In this document: positions 9,371 to 18,954 of the stretch, one piece after another
How the letters are laid out: every line of letters starts with the position of its first letter
Numbering within the stretch: the stretch's first letter is position 1
The notes under the pieces: model-generated
Databases searched by the model: none
Seen by the model: the letters and a program-made list of their open reading frames with translations, nothing else
What the model was told of the DNA's origin: nothing
Assembly: GCA_913043225.1 (NCBI GenBank)
Contig: CAJWLU010000024.1
Coordinates: 1 to 53,502 of the forward strand
DNA from: an uncultured Acidobacteriota bacterium
Lineage (GTDB): Bacteria > Acidobacteriota > Vicinamibacteria > Vicinamibacterales > UBA8438
Direction of reading: 5' to 3'
DNA: 53,502 nucleotides
Translations under genes and position numbers: made by a program

Positions 9371-11827
9371 CTAGCGTCCGGCCAGCTCGGCCCGCGCCGC
9401 ATCAAGGCGCGCCTGCAGGTCGGCACTCCCCGGTGCGAGTCGCAACGCTTCCTCAAAGGAGGCAATCGCGGCGGCCGGGTCGCCTTGCATCTGCAATACC
9501 ACCCCGCGGTTGCCGTACGCGCCCGCAAACTCCGGCAGCAGCTCGATGGCGCGACGGAACTCGGAGAGCGCCGCGTCAAGCTGGCCCTGCCCCGCTAGCG
9601 TGATGCCCAGTTCGTTGTGGGCAACCGCCGAATCCGGGTTCAGCCGAATGATCTCCTGATACTCGGCCACCGCCTCGGCCGGCTCGTCGGACATCCGTAG
9701 GGCCATCGCCAAATTCCCCCTGGCCTCGACGAAATCCGGGGCCAGTTCGACGGCTCGGCGGAAATGCTGCAGCGCTTCACCAACCGCCTCGCGACCGCCG
9801 AGCGCCATCCCGAGATCGTTGTGCGCGGCTGGATCTTCCGGCAGCAGCTCGACGGCACGACGGAAGTGCACGAGCGCCGTTTCGGTGTCTCCGGAGAGCT
9901 GGAGCGCTGCCGCCAGGTTCGTATGCGCTTCGGCGTACTCAGGCTCGACGTCGATCGCACGTCGGAACTGTGTGATGCTCTCCTCAAGCTCTCCGCGAGC
10001 GCTGGCCAGCAGCCCAAGATTGTTGAAGGACTGCCCCCACTCCGGACGGAGTTCTCCCGCCCTCTGGTATTCAGCTGTTGCGTCGTCGAACCGCCCGAGA
10101 TCGACCAGGGCATTGCCCAGGTTGACGTGTGCCTCGACAAACGTCGCGTCCACTCGCAGCGCCTCCCGGAACTGGGTTGCCGCCTCCTCGAGCTCCCCTT
10201 TGGATGCAAGGGCATTAGCCAGGTTGAAGTAGCCTTCGGCATCGTTGGGCGCCAGCTCGAGCGCCGTCCGATGCGACGCGATCGCATCGTCGAGCTGACC
10301 AGCCGCCGCATACGCCGTCCCGAGATTGCTGTGGGCGACCGCGTTGTTGGGATTCCGCGTCAGAGCATCCCGATAGAGAGTGATCGCCTCGTCCACGCGA
10401 CCCTGAACCTGTAGCTCGGTGCCCACGTTGCTCTCGGTCACCGCCCGCATCTGCGCCATCGAGTACATCGGCCAATTGCAGAAGAACATCAGCGCAACGA
10501 CACCCGCCCCTAGGCCGGCGAGCTGCGCCCGCGAGGTCTGGCGGACAAGATTGGGCAGACGAGTCACCCCCACGGCGGCCAACAGCACCAGAAACGGTAC
10601 GAGTGGATATCGATACCGAGCCATGATCGCAAACGCCACGAGGGTCACGGCGTAGGCGCCGAGCATGAGGTACAGCAGCTCTAGCTCACGCCTTCGCGCC
10701 CAGCAGGCCCATACCCCGACGAGCGCCAGCGGGGCCAGAATCCCGAAATGCCAGACCAGACCGGACAACCGCAGCAGCAGGGACCGATCCGCATAGCTCA
10801 ACTGGTCCTCTGTGTCGGCCACCTCCGAAGCGTTCCAGGCCAGCCGGATCTTGCGTCCCATCAGCCGCGCCCAGTCCATCGGCTGGTTAGCGATATAGGA
10901 CAGGGCCTCCCCGGTCCAGTAGCGGGACACCTGCGCCGGGGTCAGCGACGATCCCGTCGCCTCCTCTGCGAGCGCGGTCGCGTCCAAGCGCTCGAAGCGC
11001 GGATCGCCGCGGCCAAAGCGAAGCGGCTGATAGATGCCTGACGCCCCAGGGTTGTTGCCGATGTAGAAGTTGGGACCGAACTGGGAAGTTGTGAGGTAGA
11101 ACTCTCCCCCGACCGCGAGGTTGCGTGCTGCGACCGGAAGCAGGACCACAGCGATGCCGGCCACGAACGCCGTGGCCAGCTGCCATCGACGGGGGCCGTC
11201 AGCACGACGGCTCCAGACCAGCCAAAAAAGCAGGACCGTAACAAATACCAGCGCGTTCTCTCGGCTCAGAACTAAGAGTGCCACCGCGACGCCGACGCTC
11301 CCCCACGCGCCGAGGCTGTGGGAAGCCAACGGACGCGTCATCAGCGGGCTGAGCAAGGCCAGCGTTAAACAAAGGAGGACGGCGTCTAGCACCGACTTCT
11401 GTACCAGACTATCGAAAAAGATGGCAGGCGCGTAGCACGCCAGCATGACCCCGGCCACAATGCCCGCCGTCCGCGAGAACAGGCGCCACCCGGCGTAGGC
11501 CAGAAGCACGCAGGCCAACGCGCCCAGCACGGCCTGACTCATCCGCACGACCAGTGGCCCTTCGCCGAAGACGGTATAGACCAGCCCGAGGAAGTACGGG
11601 TAGAGCGGCGCCTGGTAGAAGACCTCGTTACCAATCCAGTCGCCGGCAGCCAGCTCCTGCGCCCAAGTGTGGTAGCTCTGGGCATCCCCCATGAGGAGCG
11701 GGAAGAAGGAGGCCGGCCGGATCTGGAAGATATGGACGACGCGGATGACGAGCGCGAGGACAAAGATTCCGGCGGCGTACGGGAGAAAGCGATCAAGCGT
11801 CGGGCTACGATCGTCCTCGGTCATCAC
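9371..11827 (-). CDS. GT-C (PMT_2/ArnT-like) glycosyltransferase with long C-terminal TPR array
   Basis: Multi-TM N-terminus with GDAQSY, YQAPLYPYFL, RENAL, NFYIGNNP, RYRYP; about 10 TPRs. Confidence 0.8.
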   Translation of the reverse strand: MMTEDDRSPTLDRFLPYAAGIFVLALVIRVVHIFQIRPASFFPLLMGDAQSYHTWAQELAAGDWIGNEVFYQAPLYPYFLGLVYTVFGEGPLVVRMSQAVLGALACVLLAYAGWRLFSRTAGIVAGVMLACYAPAIFFDSLVQKSVLDAVLLCLTLALLSPLMTRPLASHSLGAWGSVGVAVALLVLSRENALVFVTVLLFWLVWSRRADGPRRWQLATAFVAGIAVVLLPVAARNLAVGGEFYLTTSQFGPNFYIGNNPGASGIYQPLRFGRGDPRFERLDATALAEEATGSSLTPAQVSRYWTGEALSYIANQPMDWARLMGRKIRLAWNASEVADTEDQLSYADRSLLLRLSGLVWHFGILAPLALVGVWACWARRRELELLYLMLGAYAVTLVAFAIMARYRYPLVPFLVLLAAVGVTRLPNLVRQTSRAQLAGLGAGVVALMFFCNWPMYSMAQMRAVTESNVGTELQVQGRVDEAITLYRDALTRNPNNAVAHSNLGTAYAAAGQLDDAIASHRTALELAPNDAEGYFNLANALASKGELEEAATQFREALRVDATFVEAHVNLGNALVDLGRFDDATAEYQRAGELRPEWGQSFNNLGLLASARGELEESITQFRRAIDVEPEYAEAHTNLAAALQLSGDTETALVHFRRAVELLPEDPAAHNDLGMALGGREAVGEALQHFRRAVELAPDFVEARGNLAMALRMSDEPAEAVAEYQEIIRLNPDSAVAHNELGITLAGQGQLDAALSEFRRAIELLPEFAGAYGNRGVVLQMQGDPAAAIASFEEALRLAPGSADLQARLDAARAELAGR

Positions 11828-11848
11828 GGCTGAACGCGCGCCGGCGGC

Positions 11849-12319
11849 CTATTCGGCCGCCACGATCATGATTTTGTCGAGAGCCGCCTTGTCAGACGGG
11901 AGCTCATTATCGCCGGACGGAAAATCATTCTGGTCGAGCATGTAAGCGACAACGTCCGTGTATTCCTCATCGGAAAGGCGACCAGGACCATCCTCTGGCA
12001 TCGAGACCTTGATCCGCTCGAACAACGCTCCCACCGAGAGATCGACCCAGAACACGATGAAATCGCTGCCGGCGACGCCAGGCGCCATCTCACCGCCACG
12101 CAGTTCACCACCGTGGCAGGAGGCACAATCCCGATTGTAGACCCGACGACCGCGACGCGCCTGGGCGGAGGAGAACACTCCGTCGTTGGTGGTCGCGTCC
12201 TGCAGCACTGACGACGCCTTGACCTCTACCGACGGGCCTGCCCCTGTCATGCTCAAACCAGCGAACAACCCGACCAACGCCACTCCCAGACACCCCGCCG
12301 TCAGCAGTCTCTGCATCAT
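11849..12319 (-). CDS. Periplasmic monoheme cytochrome c
   Basis: Signal peptide, CASCH heme motif, distal SMP Met ligand; SD AAGGA before ATG 12319. Confidence 0.85.
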   Translation of the reverse strand: MMQRLLTAGCLGVALVGLFAGLSMTGAGPSVEVKASSVLQDATTNDGVFSSAQARRGRRVYNRDCASCHGGELRGGEMAPGVAGSDFIVFWVDLSVGALFERIKVSMPEDGPGRLSDEEYTDVVAYMLDQNDFPSGDNELPSDKAALDKIMIVAAE

Positions 12320-12435
12320 CGTCCTTTCATTCGTCTGACCTTGAGACTCGCATGAGAGCCCCTTCCATTCTGGCACTGCCCTACAAGCCATAGCAACCGA
12401 CCGTCCCGGCGGCAGCGTGGTATCGTTCCCCGGCT

Positions 12436-13743
12436 ATGAGTCCATCCAGGCGCGGCGCATCGGCCACCCTGTTCGCCCGCGCGAAGCGGATCCTCCCGGG
12501 CGGTGTGGACAGCCCGGTACGGGCCTTCGCCGCCGTCGGTGGCACACCACCGTTCATCCGCCGGGCTCGGGGCGCCCGCCTGGTGGATGAGGACGGCCGC
12601 TCCTATATCGACTACGTTATGTCGTGGGGGCCCCTGATTCATGGTCACGCGCCTCCGAGACTCACCCGGGCATTGGCCGATGCGACGAGCCGCGGCACCA
12701 GCTTCGGGGCACCGACCGCGCTTGAGGTCGACCTTGGCCAGGCGGTCCGAGCGTTGATGCCGGCCGTGGAACGTATTCGATTCGTTAACTCGGGAACCGA
12801 GGCCACGATGAGCGCCCTGCGGCTGGCGCGTGCTGCGACGGGTCGGGACCGGGTCATCAAGTTCGCCGGCTGCTATCACGGGCATGGCGATGCGTTCCTC
12901 GTCCAGGCGGGCTCTGGCGCCACCACGCTGGGCGTTCCAGACAGCCCAGGCGTGCCGAAAGCGGTCGCCGCCGACACCCTGGTCGCGCGCTACAACGACC
13001 TGGACTCGGTCGCCAAACTGCTGCGCAGCCACCGACGGCGTGTCGCAGCCATCATCGTCGAGCCGCTGGCGGGGAACATGGGTGTGGTGCCACCGGTGCC
13101 CGGGTTTCTCGAAGGGCTCCGGTCGCTCTCCACCAACCATAGCGCCATCTTGATCTTCGACGAGGTCATCTCCGGATTCCGGGCCGGACCGGGTGGAGCA
13201 CAGGAGCGCTATGGCGTGCGGCCCGACTTAACTTGCCTCGGGAAGATCATCGGCGGCGGTCTCCCGGTGGGGGCCTACGGTGGGCGACGGGACCTGATGA
13301 ATCACGTCGCCCCAGCCGGTGGGATGTATCAGGCCGGCACCCTATCAGGAAATCCGCTGGCCATGACGGCTGGGCTTTGGACGCTGTCTCAGCTTTCACC
13401 GGCGCTTTATGCGCGTTTGGCGCGTCTGGGCACGCAGCTGGCCGAGGGGCTCGCGGACGCGGCCAGAACGGCTGGCATTGACCTCCAGGTCAACGGTCAC
13501 GGCTCGGTCCTTACGCCCTTCTTCAGCAAGACACCCGTCCGGGACTACGAAAGCGCTACGAAGGCCGATGCGGCCAGCTACGCCCGATTCTTCCGCGGGA
13601 TGCTCGCACGAGGCATCTACCCGCCGCCGTCGCAGTTCGAGGGCTGGTTCCTGTCTGGTGCGCACACGGCACGCCACGTCGACGAGACCATCGAGGCCGC
13701 TCGCGCCACTCTACGCTCCATGCGCCGTCGGGCGCGCCGGTAA
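12436..13743 (+). CDS. hemL: Glutamate-1-semialdehyde 2,1-aminomutase
   Basis: PGGVDSPVRAF, SGTEATMSALRLAR, FDEVISGFR, GKIIGGGLPVG, YQAGTLSGNP. Confidence 0.97.
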   Translation: MSPSRRGASATLFARAKRILPGGVDSPVRAFAAVGGTPPFIRRARGARLVDEDGRSYIDYVMSWGPLIHGHAPPRLTRALADATSRGTSFGAPTALEVDLGQAVRALMPAVERIRFVNSGTEATMSALRLARAATGRDRVIKFAGCYHGHGDAFLVQAGSGATTLGVPDSPGVPKAVAADTLVARYNDLDSVAKLLRSHRRRVAAIIVEPLAGNMGVVPPVPGFLEGLRSLSTNHSAILIFDEVISGFRAGPGGAQERYGVRPDLTCLGKIIGGGLPVGAYGGRRDLMNHVAPAGGMYQAGTLSGNPLAMTAGLWTLSQLSPALYARLARLGTQLAEGLADAARTAGIDLQVNGHGSVLTPFFSKTPVRDYESATKADAASYARFFRGMLARGIYPPPSQFEGWFLSGAHTARHVDETIEAARATLRSMRRRARR

Positions 13744-13799
13744 AGCTCCGAACGGGTGGTATCATCCTGCACGGGGCCGGTCCCGTTCCCAAACCACGC

Positions 13800-15053
13800 A
13801 TGCCGTCCATCAAGCTGCACCGCACCACCGGGGTCAAGGTCGGTCACGTCCAGATCGGCGGAGGCGCCCCTGTGGTCGTCCAGTCCATGACGATCACGGA
13901 CACGGCGGACGCCATCGCCACCGCAACCCAGTGCCTAGAACTCAGCGAGGCCGGATCCGAGCTCATCCGGGTCACGGTCAACACGCCCGCCGCCGCGGCG
14001 GCCGTGCCAGAGATCAAACAGCGGATGCAGGACCTGGGCTGTGATACCCCGCTCATCGGTGACTTCCACTACAACGGGCACCAGCTTCTGGGCCGCTATC
14101 CCGGCTGCGCCGCCGCGCTAGCCAAGTACCGGATCAACCCCGGGAACGTTGGTACCGGCAGCCGGCGCAACGAGCAGTTCACCACCATCTGCAAGATCGC
14201 ACGCGATCACGGCAAGCCGGTCCGGATCGGGGTCAACGGCGGTTCGCTGAACCAGGACCTGGTGATATCCCGGATGCAAGAGAACACCGACCGGTCACTC
14301 GGACTTACCTCGGAAGAGATCATCAATGAGTGCATGGTCATCTCCGCCCTCGAGTCCACATCGTTGGCGCTCGACGCGGATCTCAGGACCGACCAGATCG
14401 TGATCTCGTGCAAGGTCTCGTCACCTAAGAACCTGATTACAATCTATCGCGAGCTGGCCAGGCAGACCACTCAGCCCCTGCACCTGGGACTCACCGAAGC
14501 GGGTATGGGTCTGAAGGGCCAGGTGTGGTCAGCGGCCGCCATCGGCGTGCTGCTGGAGGAGGGCGTCGGCGACACCATCCGGGTCTCGTTGACCCCGCAA
14601 CCTGGTGGCGACAGGCGCGAGGAAGTCTATGCGGCGTGCGAGCTGCTGCAGGCGCTCGGGCTGCGGTCTTTCTCGCCAAGCATCACGGCGTGCCCAGGGT
14701 GTGGTCGCACGACCAGTACCACATTCCAGGAGCTGGCCGAGCGGATCCAAGGCCACGTGCGAAATATGATGCCGGTCTGGAAGGCGCGCTATGAAGGGGT
14801 CGAGGAAATGAAGGTCGCCGTGATGGGCTGTGTCGTCAACGGCCCCGGCGAATCCAGAGCCGCCAACATCGGCATCAGTCTCCCCGGTACCGGCGAGGCG
14901 CCGACCTGTCCGGTGTATATAGACGGCGAGCATGCCACGACGCTCCGCGGCTCTTACGACGAGCTCGCCGAAGCCTTTCAACGCCTTGTCGACGAGTACA
15001 TCGAGTCGCACTATACGCTCCGTGAGGAGCTCGCCACCGACGCGCCACACTGA
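13800..15053 (+). CDS. ispG: HMBPP synthase (GcpE)
   Basis: VQSMT, RINPGN, RIGVNGGSL, HLGLTEAG, GDTIRVSLT, CPGCGRT, MGCVVNGPGE. Confidence 0.97.
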   Translation: MPSIKLHRTTGVKVGHVQIGGGAPVVVQSMTITDTADAIATATQCLELSEAGSELIRVTVNTPAAAAAVPEIKQRMQDLGCDTPLIGDFHYNGHQLLGRYPGCAAALAKYRINPGNVGTGSRRNEQFTTICKIARDHGKPVRIGVNGGSLNQDLVISRMQENTDRSLGLTSEEIINECMVISALESTSLALDADLRTDQIVISCKVSSPKNLITIYRELARQTTQPLHLGLTEAGMGLKGQVWSAAAIGVLLEEGVGDTIRVSLTPQPGGDRREEVYAACELLQALGLRSFSPSITACPGCGRTTSTTFQELAERIQGHVRNMMPVWKARYEGVEEMKVAVMGCVVNGPGESRAANIGISLPGTGEAPTCPVYIDGEHATTLRGSYDELAEAFQRLVDEYIESHYTLREELATDAPH

Positions 15054-15106
15054 CTGCCTCGCCACTGATGTCAGGCCTCTCATCGGGCGCCCGGGAATCC
15101 GGATCA

Positions 15107-15943
15107 GTGCCGATCAGACTCATCGCCATCGACATCGATGGCACGCTCCTCGACGGGCGAAGCAAGCTGCCCGAGGCGAACCGCGTCGCCCTCCAGGCCG
15201 CCAGCGCGCGCGGCATCGAGATTGTGCTCGCGACGGGACGCAGTTTTCATCATGCGCAGCCAATCGCGGATCTGGTAGGCGTCGACGTGGTGCTGGTGGT
15301 GAGCAATGGCGCGTTAATCAAGACGGCGGCTGGCGCGACCCTCGACCGTTGGTCGGTGCCTCGCGATTTGGCACGGGAGCTAATCGCGGCGACCCGTAAG
15401 GTTCGGAGTGGCGCGGCGGTCATCTTCGACCTGCCGGACCAAGGCCAGTACGTCTGGGAAGGCATCGACTGGTCGCACCCGCAGCGGCGCTGGTATTACG
15501 AGAAGCACAGCCGGTTCATGACCGAGAGCCAGGACCTCGTAGTTGCCCTCGACGACGACCCGATCCAGGTCGCCTTCACTGGTGGCGTCGAGGAAATGCG
15601 GACGCTCGTCGCGTATGTCCGCACGCTCCCGTACGCCTCCGCGCTCACGCTCACACTGACCGAGTACGAGGCGCGCGACTTCTCCCTGTTCGATGTGACC
15701 GCGAACGGCTGCTCGAAAGGCTCCGCGCTAGCAACCTGGACGGGTCGTCGCGGGATCTCACCGGCCGAGGTAATGGCCGTTGGTGACAACCTGAACGACC
15801 TGGCAATGCTTGAGTTTGCCGGCCATCCGGTAGTCATGGGCAACGCGGTGGCCGAGATCAAGACTTGCGGCTGGCCGGTGACGGCGAGCCATGACGACGC
15901 AGGACTGGCGCAGGCCATCGACCGCCTGATTCTGGTGTCCTAG
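15107..15943 (+). CDS. Cof-type HAD-IIB hydrolase
   Basis: DIDGTLL, ATGR, SKG, GDNLNDLAML motifs; start could be 15068. Confidence 0.9.
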   Translation: MPIRLIAIDIDGTLLDGRSKLPEANRVALQAASARGIEIVLATGRSFHHAQPIADLVGVDVVLVVSNGALIKTAAGATLDRWSVPRDLARELIAATRKVRSGAAVIFDLPDQGQYVWEGIDWSHPQRRWYYEKHSRFMTESQDLVVALDDDPIQVAFTGGVEEMRTLVAYVRTLPYASALTLTLTEYEARDFSLFDVTANGCSKGSALATWTGRRGISPAEVMAVGDNLNDLAMLEFAGHPVVMGNAVAEIKTCGWPVTASHDDAGLAQAIDRLILVS

Positions 15944-15966
15944 GGGACGGTCAAGTCAGACCCGGC

Positions 15967-17316
15967 CTACGGCATGCTGAAGGCTCGGATCCGGCGGGTC
16001 CACACGGTTACCAGGACCGTGCCGATCAGTACCAAGCCGATCGACAGGCCGACCCAGAGGCCGACGACGCCCCATCCAAGACCGAAACCGAGCACGGCCC
16101 CCACCGGCAGTCCCACCGCCCAGTGCCCGGCGAGGTTCCACAGCATCGGGGTCCGCGTGTCACCGAACCCGCGGAGCACCCCCGTGGCGACCCCCTGGAG
16201 CCCATCGAACAGCTGAAACCAAGCGGCAACGAACAACAAGCTGACGCCCACGCGAACCACGCCCGGATCAGTCGTAAACCCCGCCAGCAATAAACTCGGC
16301 ACCGCGATGAACAGAACGGCTGCCAGGGTCATGAAGACGGCGCCGAGCGCGAGCGCCGCCCACCCTGCGTTACGTACGCCCTCGGGGTCTCGACGGCCAA
16401 CGCCATGGCCAACCCGTACCGCGCCGGCCGCACCGATGCCGAGCGGCACCATGAAGGTGACCGAGGCTATATTTAAAACGATCTGATGCGCCGCGAGAAT
16501 GGTCGGGTCGAATCGGCCGGCCAGGGCCGTGACCACCGCAAAGACCCCCACCTCGAGCGTGATTTGGGCCGCAGCCGGCAATCCCAGCGCGGTAAGCGTG
16601 GCAAGCCGCGAGGCCGTAATCCGTCTCGACGCCGCCCAGAGCCCACCACCTTCTCTCCGGTCGTGGCGCAGGATCGCCACCAGGAGAAACACGGCCATGT
16701 AGAGACGCGAGACACAGGTGGCCCAAGCTGCGCCGTTGATCCCCAAGCTGGGGAAACCGAGGTGACCGAATACCAGCACCCAGTTGGCCGCGACATTCAC
16801 GAGATTCGCGGTGACCAGGGCCACCATTACGGGCGCCACCTGCTCGATCGCCTGCAGGTAGCGCCTGAAGGCTGTGTAGAGCAACAGCGGGAGAATGCTC
16901 CAGAGAACCCGGCCCGCATAGGGCGCGGCAAGACGCTCGACTTCGGGATCCAGTCCCCAGCGAGGCAACTGGGTCACGACGCCGTAGGTCACCAGCGTCA
17001 GCGGCAGCGCGAGTACAACGGCGAGAGCGGCCCCGTGAAACAGCCAGCGATGGCAGTCGCCGCGGCGGCCCGCGCCGGCCGCCTGCGCCACCAGCGGATC
17101 GAGCCCAAGCAGTGTCCCGATCCCGAACACCACCACCGCTATGAACAGTATGCTGCCGATGCCGACGGCGCCGATCGCTGCCGGCCCCAGCCTTCCCACC
17201 ATCGCGATATCGACCAGCCCCATCGTCACCCAGCCCACCTCCGCCACGACCACAGGGGTGGCGAGCCGGGTCATCGGCCCGAGCTCACGCCGGATGCCTG
17301 CAAGGTGGAAGCTCAT
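15967..17316 (-). CDS. MATE family efflux transporter (NorM-like)
   Basis: About 12 TM; D-x-AMVGRLG, AAHQI, FQLFDGLQ, GVLRGFGDTRTPM. Confidence 0.92.
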   Translation of the reverse strand: MSFHLAGIRRELGPMTRLATPVVVAEVGWVTMGLVDIAMVGRLGPAAIGAVGIGSILFIAVVVFGIGTLLGLDPLVAQAAGAGRRGDCHRWLFHGAALAVVLALPLTLVTYGVVTQLPRWGLDPEVERLAAPYAGRVLWSILPLLLYTAFRRYLQAIEQVAPVMVALVTANLVNVAANWVLVFGHLGFPSLGINGAAWATCVSRLYMAVFLLVAILRHDRREGGGLWAASRRITASRLATLTALGLPAAAQITLEVGVFAVVTALAGRFDPTILAAHQIVLNIASVTFMVPLGIGAAGAVRVGHGVGRRDPEGVRNAGWAALALGAVFMTLAAVLFIAVPSLLLAGFTTDPGVVRVGVSLLFVAAWFQLFDGLQGVATGVLRGFGDTRTPMLWNLAGHWAVGLPVGAVLGFGLGWGVVGLWVGLSIGLVLIGTVLVTVWTRRIRAFSMP

Positions 17317-17321
17317 GGAGC

Positions 17322-17548
17322 ACGCCGTCGGCACGAGGAGAGCAGTTCCGCCAGAACACGACGGAACTGCTTAGCAGTCCGGAAGACCTTTGGCCGGACT
17401 GCCAAGAGGAACCGACAGTCCTGCAAGATCCGCCGCAGGACTGCTTAGCAACCCTAAAGATTCTCGGGGAACTACCGGTGGGCTGTGACCGACGGCGTCC
17501 CATTGCCGCCGGCAATGGGATCCACCAGCCGCGAAAAACACTGGCTGG
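17322..17548 (-). ncRNA. Candidate structured cis-regulatory RNA or repeat element upstream of MATE
   Basis: Closing stem 17322-17334/17485-17498 enclosing three related 9-10 bp hairpins; two more hairpins at 17498-17520 and 17525-17548. Confidence 0.5.
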
Positions 17549-17590
17549 CGAAGCACCCTCCGTCCCGGCGGGCGGATCGCCAGGAAGTCG

Positions 17591-18907
17591 CTAACGCCAA
17601 ATCATCAGGCGTTCGATCCATTCAACCCTGGTGAGGTCGTTATAGATGACGGTGACCATCAACGTCATCAGGACGACGAAACCGGCGAAGAGCATCCGCT
17701 CCTTCAGCTTGACGCTGAAGTCACGACGAGACACCCCTTCGAGCGCCATGATCGCTATGTGGCCGCCATCGAGGATCGGGATGGGTAGCAGGTTCAGGAT
17801 ACCAAGATTGAGACTGATCATCGCCATCAGCGTGAACAACGGGACGAAGCCGAGTTCGGCGGCACTCCCAGACAGCTGGGCAATGCCTACCGGTCCGACA
17901 AGCTGTGACGTCGGGGTCTCTGCCGTGAGCAACCCCCCGAGCGTCTGGAAAATGAGCCCGGACCACTCGTAGTTCCGCTCGAGACTCATCGTGAACGCTT
18001 CGAGCGGTCCCGGGTCGATCGTGCGGCTCTCTTGGCTTAGGCTGACCCCGATCATCCCGACGCCGTCCACCTCGGTAGGAGTCACCGCGACGTCCACCCG
18101 AGCATCGCCCCGACGAAGCTGAAGTGTCAGGGTCTGGCCGGCGCGTTCATTGATCCTCTTGACCAGTTGTTGCTGGGGCAGTTCCCGCCCGTCGATCGCC
18201 TCGATAACGTCGCCAACCTGGATGCCAGCGTCGCGAGCCGCGGTGGTCGACGGCAGGAACCCACTGACCTGCGGCGAGATATACGGTGCTACGCCCAGAT
18301 CGCCAGCCTGCAGGCTACCGCGCCCTACGGGGGTAAGCTGATAGCTCTGCACACCCTGAGCGCGCCGGACCACGACCTCGACCTCGCGGTCGGCCCAGGG
18401 GGCAACCGCGATCATGTACGCCTCCCACGTGTCGACCTCTCGGCCCGCGACACTCAGGATGCGGTCACCCACCGAAATACCGGCGACGTCGGCCGGCGAA
18501 CCCTCCAATACGAACCCAACCCGGGGCGGCTGCTCCTCGAACAACGGCACCTGCGCCCCTTGGTAGAGCACGCCGGTCATCACCACCACCGCCAGGATCA
18601 CGTTCATGGCAGGGCCGGCGATCAGGATCTGAAACCGCTGCCACTTCGTCTTAGAGAGGAACTCGTCCGGTTTACCCTCCCGCTGGTCCTCCACGGTCTC
18701 GCCGGCCATCTTCACGTAGCCGCCCAAAGGGATGACGCTGATGCAATACTCCGTATCCCCGCGTTTCGTCTGGAGCAGCTTTGGGCCGAAGCCTAGTGAA
18801 AACGTCAGACAACGGACTCCGTGCATCCGCGCCACGACGAAGTGACCGAGCTCATGGACAAACACGAGCACGCCAAGAACGAATAGAAACGACAGCAAAC
18901 TCGACAC
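17591..18907 (-). CDS. rseP: RIP metalloprotease RseP
   Basis: HELGH, PLGGYVKM, two PDZ domains, NLLPIPILDGG. Confidence 0.95.
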   Translation of the reverse strand: MSSLLSFLFVLGVLVFVHELGHFVVARMHGVRCLTFSLGFGPKLLQTKRGDTEYCISVIPLGGYVKMAGETVEDQREGKPDEFLSKTKWQRFQILIAGPAMNVILAVVVMTGVLYQGAQVPLFEEQPPRVGFVLEGSPADVAGISVGDRILSVAGREVDTWEAYMIAVAPWADREVEVVVRRAQGVQSYQLTPVGRGSLQAGDLGVAPYISPQVSGFLPSTTAARDAGIQVGDVIEAIDGRELPQQQLVKRINERAGQTLTLQLRRGDARVDVAVTPTEVDGVGMIGVSLSQESRTIDPGPLEAFTMSLERNYEWSGLIFQTLGGLLTAETPTSQLVGPVGIAQLSGSAAELGFVPLFTLMAMISLNLGILNLLPIPILDGGHIAIMALEGVSRRDFSVKLKERMLFAGFVVLMTLMVTVIYNDLTRVEWIERLMIWR

Positions 18908-18954
18908 TCTGGATCCTCGCGCCCGAACGAGCGGCTCATCCCCCGTTCAGGGGC

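Noticed and set aside
16486..17448. Long antisense or alternate-frame ORFs such as 872-1795, 5652-6578, 16486-17448, 26549-27499, 29953-30990 and 41773-42765
   Set aside because: Shadow ORFs of well-supported genes in GC-rich DNA
17341..17450. Repeated hairpin units as a mini CRISPR array
   Set aside because: Units are not identical direct repeats, spacers are only 2-13 nt, and there are no cas genes
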